Virus record (IMG/VR): IMGVR_UViG_3300021142_000002
Location: 156,367-220,366 of that record
Reading direction: 5' to 3' (one strand)
Length of the DNA stretch: 64,000 bases
The notes beneath the pieces were generated by a model that worked only from the letters and a program-made list of their open reading frames with translations, did no database searches and was not told the origin of the DNA. The position numbers were made by a program, and so were the translations under genes. This document shows positions 29,708 to 38,426 of this stretch, piece by piece (position 1 is the stretch's first letter; each line of letters opens with the position of its first letter).

Positions 29708-30373
29708 CTAAACGTTAGAGTCTAAATGCATTCCTAATAATAAAGCTTTTAAAGTTTCTGTACTCGTTGGTCTAGAATTTAATTCTTCTAAATTCTTTAA
29801 ACTGACTTCACCCGTATCTAGAGTTGATCGTTTATATTCTCTAAAGGCTAATTCATTGCCACCTCGAATATTAATCAATTCTTGAATACCTCGTTTTAAT
29901 CCCATAGACTCTAAGTTCATAATTTCAGGTAGTGATAGGCGACTGGATTTACTAGCACCTGCTGGCTGTCCCGTTAATGCATCTACAAAGGCACTACTTT
30001 CTACCACAGACTTACCCTTACTAACATGTTGAGATTGTCTTCTACAGGGTAAATCTAATATTAGATACTTTTCAGGCGTTAAATACTTTACACCTGTTAC
30101 TGGGTCAATCATCCATAATTGTTGAAATAAATCTAATCCTAATTCATCCGCTACCTTTAATGCATTGTTAACAGGTACATCTTTAGCTGATATATTGGCA
30201 GAGTAATATGGCAATACAATTTCTTCATCAGCTAATTTATCCATTAACTCACCAAAGGCTTCATCAGACAGTGAGTTAAAATGTGTTTTATACATTTGAG
30301 TATTTTTATTGCCTGGGAGTAGTTTTTCTATTAAACCTAAAAACCACTCAGTCAGTTCTTTTCGATTACTCAT
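29708..30373 (-). CDS. virion RNAP beta C-terminal subunit (phiKZ gp149-like)
   Basis: RRQSQH, DALTGQPAG, RLSLPEIMNLESMGL, ELINIRGG; synteny with uvsX; ATGA overlap start at 30373. Confidence 0.75.
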   Translation of the reverse strand: MSNRKELTEWFLGLIEKLLPGNKNTQMYKTHFNSLSDEAFGELMDKLADEEIVLPYYSANISAKDVPVNNALKVADELGLDLFQQLWMIDPVTGVKYLTPEKYLILDLPCRRQSQHVSKGKSVVESSAFVDALTGQPAGASKSSRLSLPEIMNLESMGLKRGIQELINIRGGNELAFREYKRSTLDTGEVSLKNLEELNSRPTSTETLKALLLGMHLDSNV

Positions 30374-30672
30374 GATAACATTCCTGTATCCGCTAGTAAA
30401 TAAATCCAATTACTTTCAAAGGCTTGAATATAGGCTTCAATACTTTCAGCCTCACATAACCAGCATCTAATTTCGGTTGTATTTTCAATATGAATTAAAT
30501 GCTTTCGCCAAAAGTTATTAATGTATTTAATTTGCTCTCTTGCCGTTAATCCATCCATGGTGACTTCTCTGCCACCTGCATCACGGTCTAGCAATGCATT
30601 AAAATTAACAGCAGCTTCCAGCCCCATTACCTTATTAATAACAAGGTAACTCTCTTCAACAATGTCATTCAT
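30370..30672 (-). CDS. hypothetical protein
   Basis: 100-aa ORF between uvsX and the gp149-like gene. Confidence 0.6.
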   Translation of the reverse strand: MNDIVEESYLVINKVMGLEAAVNFNALLDRDAGGREVTMDGLTAREQIKYINNFWRKHLIHIENTTEIRCWLCEAESIEAYIQAFESNWIYLLADTGMLS

Positions 30673-30679
30673 AAAATAC

Positions 30680-32140
30680 CTAGCTATTAAGTTTATGTTT
30701 AAATTCTTTTTTATAAGTTACTTTATCATCATTTAACCAATAGGGATGATATAAACCTTTTCTCATTCTAAGAAGATCTAAAGTCGTTAATTGAGGTAAT
30801 TCAAATTGTTCATACTCTTTAAACGTCCACCATGACCGAGTATTTAAAAGTATGGACCAATCATAGCCTAATGATTTTAGATCAGTGTAGAGCTCTTGAG
30901 GCGTACACATGAGGTCATCTGGAAGAGTAGCCCACAATTCTTTAATTTGTAACATCTCAGAAGTAATCTCTAATGCTCTTTGCAAGAATGCATTACTATC
31001 AATAATGTTTCTAACAGTTGTTCTTTGTATTTTTACATCAGGTAATAAAGATAATGAATAACTAGTGTTATTACCTTCAAATCCAAAACGACCACTTTCT
31101 TTAATATAATGGAACATAGAAAGATGAGGCAGTACACCTTCTCTTTGCGATAGAATTAAATCAACTACAGCACCTGATGGACCACCTTTATTACGTGTTA
31201 GTTTTAGGGTAACAATCGTTAAATCAGTACAATCAGGTAGTCTATCGGATTCAATAGCAGGATAGAGTACGCCTGTGCCATAATCTTTATTGTTAAGCAT
31301 ATTGGCATTAAAGATTTCATACAATGCATTATTAATAAATTCAAAGGCTTTAGTAGTACCCGTTACTTTACTACCTTTTTTAGCAAACATGAGTTTATGC
31401 TTTTTGGGAGCCATCATGCCCATTTCAAATTCATCGCCTACATGGGCTGTCATCAAAAAATGCATGGATGCATTAGCGGCCATATTAGGCAACTGAGTAA
31501 TCAATTGCTTTTTAGCTCCGCCTTGTCTCATCCATAAAATGTTCATGCCACTGTCACCAATACTGTTTTTATCAACAATACTTTCTTCATTATTGGTTAC
31601 TTTTAATTCTGATAATGAATCAATAACGGATATAGTCGGTGGAATGACTAAGATAGGTTTATGTTCTGGTGTGAAAAAAGGTGTAGTTAATTTAGTTATT
31701 TTTTTATCTTTTTTAGCTTCAGCAATTTCTAATATCTTATCAAAGTATACGTCACCTAACTCTTCAGCACTGCTCGTTATTTTTACTTTAATGTTTTCTA
31801 TATCACTGTATTGGTCAGAGTGATCTATTTTAGATAAATTAGGTAATCGTTTACAGAAAGTATTAACCCTATCATAATTAGAAGATACTTCACTATCATA
31901 GATGCTCGTACCCATGGGGGTAATTCTATCAGTAGCCACCAATGCAATGTGGTAGATAATACTGGTTTTACCTGCATTACCAGGACCTACTACCGATAAA
32001 ATATGAGGCATACCGCCTGATAAAATAGATTGTCCATACTCACCAAAGTGATAAGTTCCTGTGGGTATATCTAGCATACTACCGCAGTTATAAGCAGGTC
32101 TAAAGGGTGGTATTGAAGATAAAGAAGATAAAAAGTTCAT
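30680..32140 (-). CDS. uvsX: UvsX/RecA-like recombinase (phiKZ gp152-like)
   Basis: LDIPTG, Walker A GPGNAGKT, Walker B SVIDSLSE, KLTRNKGGPSG. Confidence 0.8.
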   Translation of the reverse strand: MNFLSSLSSIPPFRPAYNCGSMLDIPTGTYHFGEYGQSILSGGMPHILSVVGPGNAGKTSIIYHIALVATDRITPMGTSIYDSEVSSNYDRVNTFCKRLPNLSKIDHSDQYSDIENIKVKITSSAEELGDVYFDKILEIAEAKKDKKITKLTTPFFTPEHKPILVIPPTISVIDSLSELKVTNNEESIVDKNSIGDSGMNILWMRQGGAKKQLITQLPNMAANASMHFLMTAHVGDEFEMGMMAPKKHKLMFAKKGSKVTGTTKAFEFINNALYEIFNANMLNNKDYGTGVLYPAIESDRLPDCTDLTIVTLKLTRNKGGPSGAVVDLILSQREGVLPHLSMFHYIKESGRFGFEGNNTSYSLSLLPDVKIQRTTVRNIIDSNAFLQRALEITSEMLQIKELWATLPDDLMCTPQELYTDLKSLGYDWSILLNTRSWWTFKEYEQFELPQLTTLDLLRMRKGLYHPYWLNDDKVTYKKEFKHKLNS

Positions 32141-32233
32141 AACAAAAATGCTCCAAAGTGTTATACTGTGTAAGGTAGTTCTTCGTATAAAATAAAGGCT
32201 ACCAATAATTTTTAAACTCTATGGGCACAAGCT

Positions 32234-33049
32234 ATGTTATTAAGTGATTTAATGGAAAATCAAGAGCATCAAGTAATCCCAGGCAATGAAGCTATTTTAG
32301 ACTTAAAAGCTTTTAATAACTTCTTTGGTGGTTTTATAGATAGCTTAACTAAAGTATTTGATGCAAAAAGATTGATCCCTTTAATGCAAGGGAAAACCGA
32401 CGTATATGATGCGGTAAAGAATATTGAAAAATGTACAGTATTTGATTTAGAGCACTTTATTGTACCTACACCGGAATATGTTGTTGGTTTAATAGTACCT
32501 TATTTAACTGTATTAGAAGAAGTAACTACAGAATTACTGACAATTGATGATAGACTATTAACCCATTTAGAACAATGGGCTGGTAACATGATTACTGATA
32601 AAGAGTATGTTAATAAGGTATGGATTAACATGCCTGAGAAATCTAACATTGTTGAAGTTAATAGTGATAAATTGCATAAGTACTTTAGTGATGCAGCAGG
32701 TGATGGCTTAAACGGTCAATTATTTATTAATGTCTATAAAGATGCTAAAGGCTTAAAAGAAGCCGATGTCATGTTGGAAAAGTTAGTAGCCTTATCGTGC
32801 AGAGCATTAAATGGAAAGTTAATTGAAAGGGCCAACTCAGTGGCTAAAATGATCCATAGACTCTCTAATGATAATAGAGTAGATTCAGCACTATCTCAAG
32901 TCACTGCTGATAAATTAAAACCTATTACTGAATTGACTATTCAAGCGGCTAGAGAATTAGAACTATTAGCTATTTGTTTATTTCAAATCAGAACAGTAAG
33001 TTACGCATATAACGAAACATTGACTAAAATTAATGTGCAAATGAAATAA
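32234..33049 (+). CDS. probable virion head protein (phiKZ gp153-like)
   Basis: Divergent from uvsX as in phiKZ; helical 271 aa. Confidence 0.5.
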   Translation: MLLSDLMENQEHQVIPGNEAILDLKAFNNFFGGFIDSLTKVFDAKRLIPLMQGKTDVYDAVKNIEKCTVFDLEHFIVPTPEYVVGLIVPYLTVLEEVTTELLTIDDRLLTHLEQWAGNMITDKEYVNKVWINMPEKSNIVEVNSDKLHKYFSDAAGDGLNGQLFINVYKDAKGLKEADVMLEKLVALSCRALNGKLIERANSVAKMIHRLSNDNRVDSALSQVTADKLKPITELTIQAARELELLAICLFQIRTVSYAYNETLTKINVQMK

Positions 33050-33071
33050 AAAAAAAAGAAAAGATTGATAC

Positions 33072-33107
33072 ATAGAGTAGTCAGAGCATATGCTCTGACT
33101 ACTCTAT
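33072..33107. terminator. 36-bp perfect palindrome between convergent genes
   Basis: ATAGAGTAGTCAGAGCAT|ATGCTCTGACTACTCTAT. Confidence 0.75.
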
Positions 33108-33157
33108 TTGTTAAATGCTATCCCCCCCCCCATAGCATTTAAATTGATTTGTAAGGG

Positions 33158-33613
33158 TTAATATATCCATTCTATTAAATTTTCCTCACTGACCTCAAAA
33201 CCTACTTCCCGATCTCCTTCTTTCCAGAGGTTGGTTAAGACCTCCTTACCGCCATTTGGATGCTCAAGTGTTAATTCCGTTACTTGACGTTTTCCGTCAT
33301 CAATGAAAATATTACTTACAACCTTTAAAATGTTGTAGGTAATTCCAGCATTAACACTATCCCGAAGATCCATTATTAGATCCCCAGGTTTAAAGTTACT
33401 TTCGTTCATTACATTGTCGTAATCAACGAATGAATTCTGGAACTGATCCTCCCCCCCCGTATTTGTAATGAAAAGAGTTTTTGTTAAAATCTTTTCATTG
33501 TTCCCCTCGCCCGTGAACATATGGATACAGCCAATGACCGCGTTATCGGATCCAGCATAGTACCCCTTCTCAGAAAAAGGAAATAATTCTGTTTTGATTT
33601 TTATATATTTCAT
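33158..33613 (-). CDS. orphan early protein driven by cassette copy 2
   Basis: 151-aa ORF beginning at the cassette ATG; internal G8 tract. Confidence 0.75.
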   Translation of the reverse strand: MKYIKIKTELFPFSEKGYYAGSDNAVIGCIHMFTGEGNNEKILTKTLFITNTGGEDQFQNSFVDYDNVMNESNFKPGDLIMDLRDSVNAGITYNILKVVSNIFIDDGKRQVTELTLEHPNGGKEVLTNLWKEGDREVGFEVSEENLIEWIY

Positions 33614-33717
33614 ATCAAATCTCCTGCCTCTATGAGGACTTTAAAAGTTATAGTAAGTTGGATTACTTATATAAGTTAATCCATTAAAATAATATATACA
33701 TGAAATTTTTTTTGAAT
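33609..33717 (-). repeat. promoter-hairpin-RBS cassette, copy 2
   Basis: Identical to 3045..3154 except one T; offset 30,564 bp. Confidence 0.95.
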
Positions 33718-33728
33718 TGACATAAATA

Positions 33729-33759
33729 CTCTAGGATAGCTAATATAGCTATCCTAGAG
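33729..33759. terminator. hairpin terminator
   Basis: CTCTAGGATAGCTA-ATA-TAGCTATCCTAGAG. Confidence 0.7.
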
Positions 33760-33770
33760 ACTATGTTTAA

Positions 33771-34004
33771 TTAATAGAGTACTTGCTCTATGGTAAAGTT
33801 AGTTAATTTACCAATAACCATATATACATTTAGCGATCTATATTCTCCGTCTATATAGTCATTATCATAGAGTTCACCAACAACTTCAGTAACGCCATCT
33901 CGATCAAGATAACCCAATAGCTTAAAAGCATAGTAATCAGTTTTGTAAAGAACTAATGGTGTATCGCGAAACATTAATGTCAGTTTTAAATTTTCTGTTT
34001 GCAC
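33771..34004 (-). CDS. small hypothetical protein
   Basis: 77 aa, GTG start. Confidence 0.55.
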   Translation of the reverse strand: MQTENLKLTLMFRDTPLVLYKTDYYAFKLLGYLDRDGVTEVVGELYDNDYIDGEYRSLNVYMVIGKLTNFTIEQVLY

Positions 34005-34014
34005 ACTTCCATGA

Positions 34015-34836
34015 TTAATCTCGATATAAAAAATTATGATAATGTTTATTAATAGTCTTAATGCTGTCTAAAGATATTTTACCATCTATTCTTTTTAGCA
34101 TATTATTTAAATCTGGAAATGCTATTAATAATAAGTTATATAACTTCCCATAACTAAACTTAATTTTCTTATGGCTAAAGAAAGGTCTCACTGAGCTATT
34201 TGCAAATGAAGGTGCATGTAGTTTAGCAGCTAGAATTAATTTATTTCTTTCAAACTCAGCAACATTTGCTAAGTCATCTTCATTTAACTCTCCGATTTTA
34301 AAATCATAATCCTTTATTGATTTTAAATAATCTTCGGTCACAGTATTTTCAGGTCGATGATTAAGGCCATAGTCACTAAGATAATTTAATCGAAGAAATT
34401 CAGCCAATAAATAAACCACTTCATTGGTTGAAGTTGGCACAATGGCGAAATTTGTTTTCCAATTATTTCCAGCAATTGCACGGTCTAAAGTGCCAACGTC
34501 TGGCTTATCCATTAAAAACTCATATTCATCGCCATACTTTGCAATTAATTTTAATTTAATATTAGCAATTACATCAACCATAGCTACTACTTGATATAAG
34601 CTATCAAAATAACTAACGCCTGAGCAAAGTTTAGGATCTTCAAAAATAGTAGTAACTTCTTTCGTTGCAGTTATGAGTTGGTCATTATATTCTTTACTTT
34701 CCAAACCTCTTTCAGCTACATTTCTGTAGTTTATTATCTGCTGTTTATTTTTAATACACCAGCTAAAAGGTAAAAAGGAAATTAATGTTTCTAATTTCCA
34801 GATCATTACCTTTACTTGTCTTTTATTCATCATCAT
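34015..34836 (-). CDS. hypothetical protein
   Basis: ORF track 34015..34878; TAGGAG RBS favours the start at 34836. Confidence 0.65.
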   Translation of the reverse strand: MMMNKRQVKVMIWKLETLISFLPFSWCIKNKQQIINYRNVAERGLESKEYNDQLITATKEVTTIFEDPKLCSGVSYFDSLYQVVAMVDVIANIKLKLIAKYGDEYEFLMDKPDVGTLDRAIAGNNWKTNFAIVPTSTNEVVYLLAEFLRLNYLSDYGLNHRPENTVTEDYLKSIKDYDFKIGELNEDDLANVAEFERNKLILAAKLHAPSFANSSVRPFFSHKKIKFSYGKLYNLLLIAFPDLNNMLKRIDGKISLDSIKTINKHYHNFLYRD

Positions 34837-34862
34837 TTTTAAATCTCCTAAACTATAAATAT

Positions 34863-34892
34863 TGAGCATAGAGAGCATGCTCTCTATGCTCA
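34863..34892. terminator. 30-bp perfect palindrome
   Basis: TGAGCATAGAGAGCA|TGCTCTCTATGCTCA. Confidence 0.7.
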
Positions 34893-34898
34893 GATTAA

Positions 34899-35741
34899 TT
34901 AAACTGAAACTTCTGCTTTAATAGAAGGCCATGCTGTGTAGCCATGTAAATGTACTTTATCTGGATCTTTCCATTTTAACAGATTATCAATATTATCCAC
35001 AGTTACTGTAGGTAACTCATAAGGCGTTCTTGATAACTGTTCATTTACTTGTTCAATGTGATTTTTGTAAATGTGTGCATCGCCAATAGTCCAAATAAAT
35101 TCACCAGGTTCATAACCCGTTACTTTAGCTAGTAAAACAGTAAATAAAGCATATGAAGCAATATTCCATGGACCGCCTAAAAAGACATCACAAGAACGTT
35201 GGTATAGCTGCAACGATAATTTGTCATTTCTAATATAGACTTGAAATAGCGTGCAACATGGAGCTAAAGCCATTTTATTTGAAAGAACATTTTCTACCGG
35301 AGAAATAGATTCAAGGGGTAGATCACCTAGATTCCAAGAACTGACAATATGTCTTCTAGAGTATGGTTTTTTTGCAATGTTGATAATCAACTCATGCAAT
35401 TGATCCATTTTCTCTGGACAATAACTTTCTAACATATTTGCATCCCGCCATTGCTCACCATAGATTGGACCAAGATCACCATATTTATCTGCCCAACTAG
35501 ACCATATTTTAACACCATGATCTTCTAGATACTTAATATTGGTATCACCCGATATCATCCAAATTAATTCATGAATGATCCCTTTAAACCACATTTTCTT
35601 TGTAGTAATTAAAGGAAATGATTTACTTAAATCAAATCGTTCCTGATGGCCAAAAATAGATAATGTTCCAGTTCCTGTTCGGTCATCAGATGGAATACCT
35701 CCATTTAATATTTTTTCTAACAGATTTAAATATTGTTTCAT
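34899..35741 (-). CDS. thyA: thymidylate synthase
   Basis: DDRTGTGT, FPLITTKK, GDLGPIYGEQWR, MALAPC, YQRSCD, NIASY, GDAHIYKNH. Confidence 0.95.
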   Translation of the reverse strand: MKQYLNLLEKILNGGIPSDDRTGTGTLSIFGHQERFDLSKSFPLITTKKMWFKGIIHELIWMISGDTNIKYLEDHGVKIWSSWADKYGDLGPIYGEQWRDANMLESYCPEKMDQLHELIINIAKKPYSRRHIVSSWNLGDLPLESISPVENVLSNKMALAPCCTLFQVYIRNDKLSLQLYQRSCDVFLGGPWNIASYALFTVLLAKVTGYEPGEFIWTIGDAHIYKNHIEQVNEQLSRTPYELPTVTVDNIDNLLKWKDPDKVHLHGYTAWPSIKAEVSV

Positions 35742-36616
35742 TCTTTGACACCATTTATTGAAAATAACATTTTAATCGTATTTTCCTTTACTTCATCAGA
35801 TATTCCATCAATATCTACTTCTTTTAGTGGTTCAGACATCTTAGCACCAAATACATTGATATAGGGAATGTAACAATAATTCCCTGAGTGAGTTTCTGCA
35901 ATATAAGGATAGCCAGTACAATGGCCTAAGTCATGACCACGGTTACTAATGGTTTTACCAAGAATATCTTTAATGTCAATAATATCAATATCCTCATTAA
36001 AGTCTTCATCGGCTAATTCATCTACTATTTCTATAACAACATCTAGTTTTTCTAGACTCTCGTTTACAGATTTAGTTGGAACTTCTTCTGTAGGTTTTTG
36101 CACAAATTTACTTTCTGGTAATAGAGCCAAAGCTCTAGCTATTAAACGACCTGTTATATATTCTTTAAATTCAGGAAAATGTTTATACATTGGCACCCCA
36201 AATTCTTCTACAATCCTACCACGTGATTTTAATGGCACCTTTTCAAGATTGAATTGCTGTTCTAATATACCATCATGATGTGTTAAATAATAAGTGCCAC
36301 CCAATGGTATTGATGTGACTGATTTTTCAAACTGCGTATATGCATCACCTGCATCATTATACATACCTGCAATATATCCGTAAATCATAGAACAATAAAA
36401 ATCTTCATGACTTTTATACTCGAAAATAGCAGTGCGAATATAAAAGTCATTTAGAAATTTATCATATTCAACTTGATCTTTATCACGATTAATAATTAAA
36501 AATCCAGTTTTAGTCATGAAGACATATTTTTCTACATTGCTTGCAGTTTGTTTAGCAATAAGAATACCCGGTGAATCTTGCAATATAGTCTCATAAGTAG
36601 CTTTATCTAATGCCAT
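35738..36616 (-). CDS. hypothetical protein
   Basis: 292 aa; AGGAG RBS. Confidence 0.65.
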   Translation of the reverse strand: MALDKATYETILQDSPGILIAKQTASNVEKYVFMTKTGFLIINRDKDQVEYDKFLNDFYIRTAIFEYKSHEDFYCSMIYGYIAGMYNDAGDAYTQFEKSVTSIPLGGTYYLTHHDGILEQQFNLEKVPLKSRGRIVEEFGVPMYKHFPEFKEYITGRLIARALALLPESKFVQKPTEEVPTKSVNESLEKLDVVIEIVDELADEDFNEDIDIIDIKDILGKTISNRGHDLGHCTGYPYIAETHSGNYCYIPYINVFGAKMSEPLKEVDIDGISDEVKENTIKMLFSINGVKE

Positions 36617-36627
36617 TTTAATTTCTC

Positions 36628-36777
36628 CTAATCTTTAAAAAATGCTGTGATTTTAAACAATCCATTAATTGGATGAATTGTGTTTACTTTTACTTCTATT
36701 GCCCCACTAGCCTTAAAGGTTTCCACGATTTCATGGATCTTTGGCTCTGGAACATTATCAATGATTTCTGTTCTCAT
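36628..36777 (-). CDS. 49-aa small protein (MRTEIIDNVPEPKIHEIVETFKASGAIEVKVNTIHPINGLFKITAFFKD)
   Basis: Manually found; GAGGAG RBS; fills the gap in the operon. Confidence 0.6.
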   Translation of the reverse strand: MRTEIIDNVPEPKIHEIVETFKASGAIEVKVNTIHPINGLFKITAFFKD

Positions 36778-36866
36778 TTTAAACTCCTCTGTTTATATAA
36801 CTGTTTTAAAAATTACCATGGTTTGAGTCTATCTCTTTAATTTCCTCTGCTGTCATCTTTATTCTC

Positions 36867-37694
36867 CTACTTAATATTTAAATCACCAATTGCTTTACTT
36901 CTTAACTTTTCAAAATTATCACCCTGAGCATTAATAAAGCTTGCAGAGTGCATATCTACTTTATTAGATACCAACCAAGCATCTAATGTCCTTATATTGT
37001 TTAAAACAATATTTCTATTCTTATCAAAAATATACTGCTCCAATACTTTACTGGTTGATGTTTCCACATAAGTCGTTTCAACTACTTGATTCAATTGATT
37101 AGTTGCTTCTAAACTCTTATTACTAGCTGCTTCAGATAACGCGATATAAGCATTTAGTAAAGTACCTGCTTGGTAATAATGCTCTAAATCAATTCTAGCT
37201 AATGTTAAAGGATAATCAGTAATATTTTTCTTCATCCCTTTAAGTAACTTAATCTTAGCTAGATTTCTATTAGCATTCATTTGAGCTTGAATACCTTGAG
37301 CTGATTTATCAAATAAAAGATTAGAATCAAAAGCTGATTTAGATCCAGTAATAAAACCAGATATACCAGAGAGTGCACTCGTGCCATAAAGCGTACCTAC
37401 AGCATTTAATCCCATAGAAGTTATAGAAGACATAAAAGATAAATGCCTATCCTCGTTAAATAAACTCTGCTGGAACTCATTAAAGGCTAAATCAATACCA
37501 TAGATGCTATTATAGGCAATATCATTTCTACAATCAACTGATGGATTATTTGAGCATAGTTTAATGTTTTCAGGAGATAACTTAATGGTTATCTCCTGAA
37601 TAACTTCTTTATTACTAGTGAGTTTATCTGGATACCCAATTAATGAAGGTGTACATCCAGATAATAAAATGATTAAAATTAATGGTATAACCAT
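36867..37694 (-). CDS. predicted lipoprotein
   Basis: Signal peptide with lipobox LLSG|C; Gly/Ser-rich hydrophobic central segment. Confidence 0.7.
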   Translation of the reverse strand: MVIPLILIILLSGCTPSLIGYPDKLTSNKEVIQEITIKLSPENIKLCSNNPSVDCRNDIAYNSIYGIDLAFNEFQQSLFNEDRHLSFMSSITSMGLNAVGTLYGTSALSGISGFITGSKSAFDSNLLFDKSAQGIQAQMNANRNLAKIKLLKGMKKNITDYPLTLARIDLEHYYQAGTLLNAYIALSEAASNKSLEATNQLNQVVETTYVETSTSKVLEQYIFDKNRNIVLNNIRTLDAWLVSNKVDMHSASFINAQGDNFEKLRSKAIGDLNIK

Positions 37695-37930
37695 TCTACT
37701 GCCGCTGTGCGATAAGATCTGGTAAAGTCAGAATCTAGTAACTTAGTAATCATTATAACTGAAAAAACAAATATTCCAAAAATTAATACGGCTTGAATGC
37801 CACCAACTAAAAATGGATCTACTTTTTTATAAATTAATTTGTCTATTAACTTAAAAGAATAATTTATTAAGAATATTTCGGCAATACAAATAGCCATTGT
37901 CAGGAGTAATAGTAAAATAAATTCTAACAT
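37679..37930 (-). CDS. small two-TM membrane protein
   Basis: 83 aa, two hydrophobic helices. Confidence 0.65.
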   Translation of the reverse strand: MLEFILLLLLTMAICIAEIFLINYSFKLIDKLIYKKVDPFLVGGIQAVLIFGIFVFSVIMITKLLDSDFTRSYRTAAVEWLYH

Positions 37931-37931
37931 T

Positions 37932-38171
37932 TTAACCTAGCCAGACAACAAATTCATTTAATATGTTAACAATAAAGGGTAAGTGAGAACCTTTATAGAA
38001 AACTGCTATCCAAAAACCAGCATCTACAGATATCAAAGAAGCTGCCGTTGTCCACATTAAGATCACATTATTTTGAAATTTCAAAGACAATTCTAGGATG
38101 CAAAAGATAGACCCAAAAAGTAACGCAGCTAAACTAAATATTAAAAAAAGAACTTCAATAAAACTAAGCAT
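37932..38171 (-). CDS. small two-TM membrane protein
   Basis: 79 aa, two hydrophobic helices. Confidence 0.65.
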   Translation of the reverse strand: MLSFIEVLFLIFSLAALLFGSIFCILELSLKFQNNVILMWTTAASLISVDAGFWIAVFYKGSHLPFIVNILNEFVVWLG

Positions 38172-38426
38172 TTAATTTACTCCGACTAAGTGTTTGGATA
38201 GACTGATAAGTGGGTTCATGATTTCTGGTAAAGTAAAGATTCTTACTATGGTAGCAAGCCCACCTAGTTGACTAAATAAATAAAGAATGACTATAATTGG
38301 TTTTATATTCTTAGATTCTTTCTTAACTAATTTTAAGTATTCAGTATAAATTTTATTAACCGTTGTACGCCACCAAGTTAAAGCCAATATACCTGGTATT
38401 TCTGCAATTATAGTAACAAGAACCAT
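38172..38426 (-). CDS. small membrane protein
   Basis: 84 aa, hydrophobic N-terminal and central segments with a basic loop. Confidence 0.6.
   Translation of the reverse strand: MVLVTIIAEIPGILALTWWRTTVNKIYTEYLKLVKKESKNIKPIIVILYLFSQLGGLATIVRIFTLPEIMNPLISLSKHLVGVN

Noticed and set aside
126-35741. Uracil-DNA or hypermodified-base pathway suggested by dCTP deaminase
   Set aside because: A ThyA with the dUMP-type Asn is present, so dcd plus thyA fits ordinary dTTP supply; no modification enzymes seen
36867-37930. Two-component spanin (TM protein plus overlapping lipoprotein)
   Set aside because: The upstream protein has two TMs and no periplasmic coiled coil, and the lipoprotein is much larger than typical o-spanins; not supported
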